Source of the DNA: Nostoc sp. PCC 7120 = FACHB-418
Lineage (GTDB): Bacteria > Cyanobacteriota > Cyanobacteriia > Cyanobacteriales > Nostocaceae
DNA length: 32,000 nucleotides
Assembly: GCF_000009705.1 (NCBI RefSeq)
Contig: NC_003272.1
Coordinates: forward strand, 2,160,001 to 2,192,000
Reading direction: 5' to 3'
Positions within the stretch are counted from its first letter, which is position 1; each line of letters starts with the position of its first letter. Below are positions 18,259 through 25,026 of the stretch, piece by piece. The notes beneath the pieces are model-generated. The model was not told where the DNA came from. It saw only the letters and a list, made by a program, of their open reading frames with translations, and ran no database searches. Both the position numbers and the translations under genes were made by a program.

Positions 18259-19167
18259 GTTTCATCCCCGTGAGGGGAAGTGATTAAAAACCTTAATTTT
18301 CAAGGCTTGGTGGTTGAGCATCCTTTAGTGTTTTCATCCCCGCAGGGGGTAAGAGACTAAAAACATTTTTTCTATGTGTGGCACAGAAGGTTTGGAATGG
18401 AAGTTTCCATCCCCGCAAGGGGTAAGAGTTTAAAAACAAGGGCGTTGCTGATTAGTGGGATGATTTTTGTATCACGCATACTGCAAGCGGAACTCGAAGA
18501 GTAGGCGCAAAGAATCAATATTCTGCTTTGTATAAAAGTCTCAATTCATCCCGCATTTATACAACGCCAACAAGATGTTGCTCAAGGTAGAGGCGGTTTT
18601 ATAAAGTTTCCATCCCCGTGAGGGGTAAGAGATTAAAAACTCTGGATTATATTGTATGCAACGTAGGTTGCTCAATATATTTGTTTCCATCCCCGTGAGG
18701 GGTAAGAGATTAAAAACTGTCTATGATAGGGCAAACAAGGCATAATATGTCTTTTATGTTTCCATCCCCGTGAGGGGTAAGAGATTAAAAACAATTTTTT
18801 AGGTTGCCACAAAAGCAACCGAACAGTTAGGGTTTCCATCCCCGTGAGGGGTAAGAGATTAAAAACTGAAAGCGCTCAGCGCCCGCTGGGTAGATCTGAC
18901 TCGATCGTTTCCATCCCCGTGAGGGGTAAGAGATTAAAAACAAGATGAAATCGACCAAGCGTGGAGCGCTGGTCAGCATACTGTTTCCATCCCCGTGAGG
19001 GGTAAGAGATTAAAAACAAGTAGAAGAAGCTCGCAAAAAGGCTGCAACTGCTTCAAGTTTCCATCCCCGTGAGGGGTAAGAGATTAAAAACTGCTGGAGC
19101 AATTCCAACTGGTTGGGCTGGTATGATATATAGTTTCCATCCCCGTGAGGGGTAAGAGATTAAAAAC
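18259..19167 (-). CRISPR. CRISPR array of 11 repeats (8 identical 35-nt, 3 degenerate) and 10 spacers, with no cas genes in the window
   Basis: The + strand repeat is GTTTCCATCCCCGTGAGGGGTAAGAGATTAAAAAC. Identical copies lie at 18606, 18683, 18758, 18832, 18907, 18983, 19057 and 19133. Degenerate copies lie at 18259 (33 nt), 18330 and 18403. Spacers are 38-42 nt and all different, except for one 168-nt gap (18438-18605). The minus strand is inferred because its repeat reads ...CCCCTCACGGGG+ATGGAAAC (hairpin then 8-nt tail) and the decayed repeats are at the left end. Confidence 0.93.
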
Positions 19168-19236
19168 CCTACACTTACAGAAAGCTTACCAAATAAGACT
19201 TACAGAACTGTAAAACTGAGGGGGGTATATTTTACC

Positions 19237-19261
19237 TGTCAATAGAGATCGCTTATTGACA
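19237..19261. promoter_or_regulatory. Palindrome TGTCAATA-N9-TATTGACA in the putative CRISPR leader
   Basis: 8-bp perfect inverted arms at 19237-19244 and 19254-19261. Each arm contains a TTGACA hexamer when read outward. Function is unknown. Confidence 0.3.
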
Positions 19262-19307
19262 ATAACTACATCATCAAGGTGACTCAAACCCTTATAGGGT
19301 AAGCTAT

Positions 19308-19360
19308 CTGAGGGGGTCAACGAGATAATAAGCTTTTCAGGCTTTAGGCGACCCCCTCAG
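19308..19360. other. Perfect 11-bp GC-rich stem-loop in non-coding DNA right of the array
   Basis: CTGAGGGGGTC (19308-19318) pairs with GACCCCCTCAG (19350-19360) across a 31-nt loop. A related CTGAGGGGGGT occurs at 19216-19226. Confidence 0.5.
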
Positions 19361-19609
19361 GTTACATTTCTTAATAAAATAACTTGACGAAACTAACCAT
19401 TCGATTACAAGTTAAGAATATAGCGGTTTGCAGTTGAGTCTAATACAGACTTAACCTCCAGAGTAAGCCTTAAAGCCTGTCTCCTTGTAGGATAGAAGTC
19501 AAAACGTATTGCAGACAAACGAGAAACGCTATATGTACTTATTTAATTTTCAAGGTGCAGATGTTTGTAAAAACAGTACCATAGCAAACTCCAAAAGGCA
19601 AAGCTTTTG

Positions 19610-19978
19610 TTAAAACTGCCGCATATTTCTACTTACCGGGTCAAAACCTCTAGAAAATTTCGTAGTTTCGTCATAATAAGCACCAGTTAAATCTGCTCCA
19701 TACAACTTAGACAAGTTGAGTTTAGCTCCCCGCAGATTTGCTTGATTCAGCTTCACGCCGCACAAATTAGCTCTAGTCAAATTAGCATTGGCTAAGTTGG
19801 CTTGACTCAAATCGGCTCCCCAGAGTTTGGCTTTCGCTAGGTTAGCGCCGCTTAAGTCTGCTCCCCATAAATTTATTCCAGGTAAGTAGACTCCAATCAG
19901 CTTGGCTCTAATTAGGTTCGCGGCGGGAAAATACCTTTCCCCTGCTGCATAACGGCGTTTGATTGCTTCAGCATCCAT
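19610..19978 (-). CDS. Pentapeptide-repeat protein
   Basis: About 100 aa of uninterrupted A(D/N)LxG-type pentads (GADLSGANLAKAKLWGADLSQANLANANLTRANLCGVKLNQANLRGAKL...). Start taken at ATG 19978 (MDAEAIK). The ORF extends to 19987. Confidence 0.85.
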   Translation of the reverse strand: MDAEAIKRRYAAGERYFPAANLIRAKLIGVYLPGINLWGADLSGANLAKAKLWGADLSQANLANANLTRANLCGVKLNQANLRGAKLNLSKLYGADLTGAYYDETTKFSRGFDPVSRNMRQF

Positions 19979-20291
19979 GAATTGCATTTACCTTCTTGAG
20001 TAAGAAAGAAGTTATCTGTTCCCATTCCTGATTTAACTCCCCAACAAACTCTGGCTGACTGCTGCGTTGATACCAATAACGAGCATTATTCAAATCGCCT
20101 TCTTTGCGATGTAAGTACCCATGAACCCAAGCACTATCAACATCACTGGCGTTTTGTACAATCTCATGAGCTTGGTTCCAATCACCTTGTTTGTCATACC
20201 ACAGAGCTTGCAGCGCCTTCGGTAGGGTTTGAGGACATGAGCGCTGTTTTTCCATCAATCGCAGAAATTCTTCTGTATTCATAATCGCCAC
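19968..20291 (-). CDS. Conserved small protein of unknown function
   Basis: 107-aa ORF. Block ALWYDKQGDWNQAHEIVQ...SAWVHGYLHRKEGDLNNARYWYQRS resembles a widespread ~100-aa bacterial family whose name I cannot recall. Its 3' end overlaps the start of the pentapeptide gene. Confidence 0.6.
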   Translation of the reverse strand: MAIMNTEEFLRLMEKQRSCPQTLPKALQALWYDKQGDWNQAHEIVQNASDVDSAWVHGYLHRKEGDLNNARYWYQRSSQPEFVGELNQEWEQITSFLLKKVNAIHGC

Positions 20292-20394
20292 TCAGCAATT
20301 ATCAGACCTCCATTTCCAAGATACCTTGTAGATTGCTAGTGTAGAGAGATGAAGAGAACACCAAAAAATAACAATTCAAAATTAAATTTATTAA

Positions 20395-20415
20395 GGTGGG
20401 CATTGCCCACCCTAC
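20395..20415. repeat. Solo copy of the GGTGGGCATTGCCCACCCTAC palindromic module
   Basis: GGTGGGCA/TGCCCACC hairpin. The same module occurs at 14989-15010 and twice, in inverted orientation, within 22601-22656. Confidence 0.7.
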
Positions 20416-20418
20416 GGG

Positions 20419-20444
20419 TTACCAATTACCAATTACCAATTACC
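20419..20444. repeat. Heptamer tandem repeat (TTACCAA), about 3.7 units, abutting a stop codon
   Basis: ttaccaa ttaccaa ttaccaa ttacc, read directly. It runs into the cta (TAG on the minus strand) stop at 20444-20446. Confidence 0.8.
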
Positions 20445-21022
20445 TAAATCTTACCTAGTTGTTCCCTACCTTTAACTTCCCGATTTCCTTTGGGAACAAT
20501 TTCAAACTCAAAATTACCGACGAGATGGTCATCTACATAGACATATATTATATGTTTACCAGGTGGATCACCTGGTGCGATCGTCCAAAAGTTTTCAATC
20601 ACTCCGTCCTTTGGTAACTGGGTGCGTTTGGTGACTGCTTCTGTACCATCTGCTGATAATGTAAAATTTTCACCGTTATCTGTAGCCCAAGTTTCTGGGG
20701 GTTTTGGTAAGCGCAGAACTTCGCGCCATGTCACTTGACCTTTAACATCTTGAATTTGAATCCGCCAACCGTATTTACTACCCTCTTCTAGCGGAACTCT
20801 GATTGTTGGGGTGAAGTTAAATTTCCCTCCAGCGTCACGGACTGCTACACCAAACTCAGCTTTACTGATATTTATCGGTTGAGCTTTGTTTGGCTGCAAC
20901 TTAGGGGTTGACTGAGAAAGTGTCATCGCATTGTTGGCTAAGGCTGAGGTATGAATAAACCCAGTCATCAGCAAAGAAGAAGTTAGTACAACTGTCGCAG
21001 CCAAAATTCTCATTCTTATCAA
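20444..21022 (-). CDS. Exported protein of unknown function (signal peptide)
   Basis: 192 aa. The N-terminus MRILAATVVLTSSLLMTGFIHTSALANN looks like a Sec signal with an ALA cleavage site. The remainder is beta-rich and hydrophilic. Confidence 0.65.
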   Translation of the reverse strand: MIRMRILAATVVLTSSLLMTGFIHTSALANNAMTLSQSTPKLQPNKAQPINISKAEFGVAVRDAGGKFNFTPTIRVPLEEGSKYGWRIQIQDVKGQVTWREVLRLPKPPETWATDNGENFTLSADGTEAVTKRTQLPKDGVIENFWTIAPGDPPGKHIIYVYVDDHLVGNFEFEIVPKGNREVKGREQLGKI

Positions 21023-21342
21023 TTTTTTGGTCAGTTACTAGTACATATTCAACTACTTTTTGTGCATCTCCGGTAGGGGTAATGCGGGAATTTTTTCGGT
21101 AACACATTTATCCGCAAGATAGTCAAACTTAATTGATGTTAATTGCTGTACTTAACTTGTGTTTAAAAGAGTATTTTAATTGTAGCGATCGCTACTCTAT
21201 ACACTTTGGGTTTCATCTCTTTAAACTTATTACCTGTTACCAAAAATTTTTCCCTAAAACTATAATTATTGAGTATGATTTAATTTCCTGTTGCCGGAAA
21301 ATTATAAGTTTGATTGAAAGTTCATCATTGAGTAATGTTACT

Positions 21343-21774
21343 ATGAAAGCATTTTCCATCATTGCAATTATTGTAGTCAGTGTACTGAGCTACGTTCCAT
21401 CAGAGGTGATGGGCGAAATCCCACCAGCGATCGCACTACCCCAAAATGGTAATATTAACCAGGAGAATTTGCCAGAAACTATCATTGAACGCCATGAGGC
21501 TGCGGCTCTAACCACAGAACCAGTGACAATCAATAGTCAGTGGAATAGTGTCACAAAACAACCTCAAAATCTTCAAGAAACTTCTATTCCCCTAGAACAG
21601 AAAAAAGGATGTGAAAGTCTCAGCCCGTTTGATTTACTCAATAATCCAGATGCTCTTTTTAAAGAATGTGTCAATCCCGCAGATAATCGCACACCACAAC
21701 GTGTTGAGCCAGTAGAGTATTTAAAAGTCCCCGGACTTGATTCTGGTGTGAAGGTAAATGTTACTAAATTTTAA
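21343..21774 (+). CDS. Small exported protein of unknown function
   Basis: In-frame ATG at 21343 gives MKAFSIIAIIVVSVLSYVPSEVMGE, a signal peptide. The upstream 70 codons of the ORF (from 21133) are AT-rich and look non-coding. Confidence 0.5.
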   Translation: MKAFSIIAIIVVSVLSYVPSEVMGEIPPAIALPQNGNINQENLPETIIERHEAAALTTEPVTINSQWNSVTKQPQNLQETSIPLEQKKGCESLSPFDLLNNPDALFKECVNPADNRTPQRVEPVEYLKVPGLDSGVKVNVTKF

Positions 21775-22369
21775 ATACAAGGTAAATAAAATAAAAATAA
21801 GTTTCTCGTATTAAAAATTCCATTTGGCTGTTAAAACTGCGATAGCGAGTGGTAGGTGTAGGCGAAGGATAAGCATCAATTCCCAAATTTCTTGCCATTA
21901 AAACGGCTCGTTTTAGGTGCAATGGATCACTGATAATCAAAAATTTGGTAGGTTTTTCATTAGTACCCACCACTTCTATCGCATTTTTAAGATTTTGGTA
22001 AGTTGTCCGAGACTGAGTTTCTGTTAAGACGTCGGCTGCTTTTACTCCTCTAGCTATGGCGTAATTTCTGCCAACAATAGCCTCAGCCAGTTCGTTAATC
22101 TCTCCCACTCCACCAGTAAAAATAATCTTACTAATAGCCCCATTTTTATATAGATTAATGGCATGGTTAATTCGTTCTCGAAAAACAGGTGATGGTTCTT
22201 CCCCCCAAACTGCTGCACCTAGAACTATTGCTGCATCTGCTTTGTTATTGTAACTATTGCTTCCATAGGAATAAATACTAATTGCTGTAGATGAAATAGC
22301 AAATAATAGTGCAGATATGATAGTAATTAATATCCGAAAAAGCCATTTTTTAGGAACATTCTTGAGCAT
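21764..22369 (-). CDS. DUF218/YdcF-family (ElyC/SanA-like) protein with N-terminal membrane anchor
   Basis: Blocks ADAAIVLGAAVWGEEPSPVFRERINHAINLYKNG...IIFTGG and LIISDPLHLKRA are typical of DUF218. Start taken at ATG 22369 (MLKNVPKK). The ORF extends to 22411. It overlaps the convergent gene by 11 bp. Confidence 0.7.
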   Translation of the reverse strand: MLKNVPKKWLFRILITIISALLFAISSTAISIYSYGSNSYNNKADAAIVLGAAVWGEEPSPVFRERINHAINLYKNGAISKIIFTGGVGEINELAEAIVGRNYAIARGVKAADVLTETQSRTTYQNLKNAIEVVGTNEKPTKFLIISDPLHLKRAVLMARNLGIDAYPSPTPTTRYRSFNSQMEFLIRETYFYFIYLVFKI

Positions 22370-22533
22370 AAAGTTGGTGATATCAAGGGTTGAGCATAAG
22401 CAACACACCATCCAAGATTTTCGGTGCTTTGGGATGAACGCTCATAAGGCATCCTGGAGTGACCAGCATAATCTATCATTTTAGCCTTGCCACGCCACCA
22501 CATTTTTCCTTAACTGAACCGTATTGACCGATA

Positions 22534-22686
22534 TATAGGAATCCGATTTGATTATTGTTGGCGTAGCCTGCGCTTACGCATAAAAATCTTAGTATCTGTA
22601 GGGGTGGGCATTGCCCAGCAGAACCTTGATACGGTGGGCAATGCCCACCCTACATAATATTTCAGAAATCAAGTATGAATCCTATA
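22534..22686. mobile_element. MITE-like element (153 bp), same family as 9048-9329
   Basis: The left end TATAGGAATCCGATTTGATTATTGTTGGCGTAGCCTGCGC is the exact reverse complement of 9290-9329. The reverse complement of the right end is TATAGGATTCATACTTGATTTCTG. The interior holds an inverted pair of GGGCATTGCCC/GGGCAATGCCCACCCTAC modules. Confidence 0.6.
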
Positions 22687-23274
22687 GCTTTCTCTACGCC
22701 CCGCAAGTGTGGGACATTTTTGGTGGTTGAAAGTTCCTTACGCCTGACTTTTGAAGTCAGACATAAATATTCTTTCCATAATAATATTTATTTGGGTGTA
22801 CTTACTTTGGATAGCTCGGAATTGCTCAAGAGCGTACAACTATCTAAAGTATGAGAAAATATCTGGAAAATATGACCTTTAGCTAGTTATTAAAACGGGT
22901 TAATATCTGTAACAATTCTCTTTATAAGACTAATAACCTTTGCAGTTCTAATATTACTAGATGTTGATTATGAATGGACGTTTTCGACTCCAGCCCCTTC
23001 CATAATAATGGGCTTGGCATCTCCTAACTACATATTTTTCTATCTAATAACTCTCAAACTTACAAATAATGTTGTGGGTTTTAGTTTAGAAGATGAAAAC
23101 TATGTTGTTAGCGAAATTGATGTTTGCGAGGAAAATTATATTCATCATTTTGGTATTTTCCAAACCAAAAATAATGTCTCGGCTTCTCATTGAATCAACT
23201 ATACAAGCAGTTGTTTCCCATAGTCAATTGATGTCTTTGTGTAATTTATTTACTTAATTTTGGAGGAATTTTTC

Positions 23275-24951
23275 ATGTTTAGTTCGGTTCGACGGTCATT
23301 AGCCTACACAACTTTGCTGGCTTTGGGGATGACAGCGATAACAGCAAATCCCTTAATAGTTTCTAAACCAGCTTCAGCACAAACACCTGTTCCTACAGAA
23401 ACTCCGTCTACTACAAGTTCCAACTTTTCTGATGTCAGTTCAGATTACTGGGCGCAACCATTTATTCAAGCTTTAGCACAAAGAAATATCATTGCTGGCT
23501 TTCCCGATGGTACTTTTAGACCAAACCAGGCAGTGAGTCGCGCTGAGTTTGCCACATTAATTCAAAAAGCGTTTAATCAACAACCAGTCCGACAATTAAG
23601 TGCATCTGGATTTACAGATGTACCTGCGAGTTTCTGGGCATCGCAAGCAATTCGGGAAGCTTACGAAACGGGATTTCTCTCTGGCTATCCAGGGAATGTG
23701 TTTCGCCCCAATCAACAAATTCCTAGAGTACAGGCGATCGTTGCTTTAAGCAGTGGTTTAAACTTAACTACAACTGATACTGCATCAGGTGTTCTTAGTA
23801 ATAACTATGCAGATGCTTCGGCAATTCCTGACTATGCTGTCAACGGCGTAGCCGCAGCTACACAAAGCAACATAGTTGTTAACTACCCGAATGTGAGAGA
23901 ACTGAATCCGTCAACATCTCTTACCCGTGGAGAAGCAGCAGCATTTTTGTATCAAGCTTTAGTTCGACAAGGACAAGTACAACCTCTACCTAGCAATGTT
24001 GCAGCTGCTAACTACATAGTGGGTGGGTCTGGTACGACAGGAGGTACACAAGGTTCTAATAATATTGTTGCTTTGGCAGCATCAAGTAACTCTTTTAGTA
24101 CTTTGACTACTTTATTGAGGACAGCAGGTTTAACAGATATTCTAGAGCAACCAGGGCCTTACACAGTCTTTGCTCCCACTAATGAAGCATTTGCGGCGTT
24201 ACCTGCGGGTACTCTAGAACAACTACAACAACCACAGAACAGAGAGTTGTTGGTGAGAATTCTCCGCTATCATGTGGTTCCTGGTCAATTAACGGCTAAC
24301 CAACTCTCTTCTGGACAATTGACAACTGCTAGCGATGCGCCAGTCAATGTGAGAGTTGACACAGCCAATAATCAAATTGCCGTTAATGAGGCTAGAGTTG
24401 TTCAAGCAAATATTCAAGCTAGCAATGGCGTTATCCACGCTATTAACGAAGTCCTGATTCCACCTAATCTAACTGGTCAGCAGCCACAAGAAGGAACCCC
24501 TCAAGCACAAAATCCGGGTGCTGTAACTCCAGGTAGAGCTACCCGTGGCGGTTCTAGTTACATAGGGGTTGCTGGTAACATTGGTTTAGGTGGTGATACA
24601 GCTCTCAGCGATAGCAACTTTGCAGTTATTAGTAAAGTTGGTTTGACGCGCAATCTATCAGTCCGACCATCGGCTGTTTTTGGTAATGATACCGTATTTC
24701 TAGTGCCGTTGACTTTGGATTTCACCCCCCGCGCAGTAGAGCCTGGTGTTGTGCAACCATTCGCCGTATCACCTTATGTTGGCGCTGGTGTAGCAATCGA
24801 AGCTAGTGGCGATACTGATATTGGTTTACTGTTAACTGGTGGTGTTGATATTCCTTTAGGCGAGAGATTTACTGTAAATGGTGCTGTTAATGCAGCTTTT
24901 GTGGATGAAACTGATGTTGGTTTGCTATTAGGTATTGGCTACAATTTCTAA
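23275..24951 (+). CDS. Exported SLH-domain / fasciclin (FAS1) domain protein with C-terminal beta-barrel-like segment
   Basis: GGAGGA lies 7 nt upstream of ATG 23275. The signal peptide ends ...PASAQ. There are three SLH-like units (FSDVSSDYWAQPFIQAL...FPDGTFRPNQAVSRAEFA; FTDVPASFWASQAI...; YADASAIPDYA...LTRGEAA). The FAS1 block is YTVFAPTNEAFAALP...NGVIHAINEVLIPP. The last ~150 aa have alternating Gly/hydrophobic strands ending GIGYNF. Confidence 0.8.
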   Translation: MFSSVRRSLAYTTLLALGMTAITANPLIVSKPASAQTPVPTETPSTTSSNFSDVSSDYWAQPFIQALAQRNIIAGFPDGTFRPNQAVSRAEFATLIQKAFNQQPVRQLSASGFTDVPASFWASQAIREAYETGFLSGYPGNVFRPNQQIPRVQAIVALSSGLNLTTTDTASGVLSNNYADASAIPDYAVNGVAAATQSNIVVNYPNVRELNPSTSLTRGEAAAFLYQALVRQGQVQPLPSNVAAANYIVGGSGTTGGTQGSNNIVALAASSNSFSTLTTLLRTAGLTDILEQPGPYTVFAPTNEAFAALPAGTLEQLQQPQNRELLVRILRYHVVPGQLTANQLSSGQLTTASDAPVNVRVDTANNQIAVNEARVVQANIQASNGVIHAINEVLIPPNLTGQQPQEGTPQAQNPGAVTPGRATRGGSSYIGVAGNIGLGGDTALSDSNFAVISKVGLTRNLSVRPSAVFGNDTVFLVPLTLDFTPRAVEPGVVQPFAVSPYVGAGVAIEASGDTDIGLLLTGGVDIPLGERFTVNGAVNAAFVDETDVGLLLGIGYNF

Positions 24952-24980
24952 TTGAATAACAAGGAATAATAGCGAAACCA

Positions 24981-25011
24981 GAACCCCGATTTCTTCAAGA
25001 AGTCGGGGTTC
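24981..25011. terminator. Hairpin between convergent genes (possible bidirectional terminator)
   Basis: GAACCCCGA (24981-24989) pairs with TCGGGGTTC (25003-25011) across a 13-nt loop. It lies 30 nt after the SLH gene stop and 16 nt from the CHAT gene stop. Confidence 0.55.
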
Positions 25012-25026
25012 TCAAAGCTTGACAAT

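Noticed and set aside
21133-21342. Upstream 70 codons of the 213-aa ORF
   Set aside because: The composition is AT-rich and Cys/Phe/Ile-rich, with no membrane or domain logic. The in-frame ATG at 21343 gives a textbook signal peptide, so the gene was trimmed.
23008-23193. 61-aa ORF upstream of the SLH-fasciclin gene
   Set aside because: It is very AT-rich, with an Asn/Ile/Phe-biased composition unlike neighbouring genes, and has no ribosome-binding site. It probably lies in the promoter/5' region of the 23275 gene.
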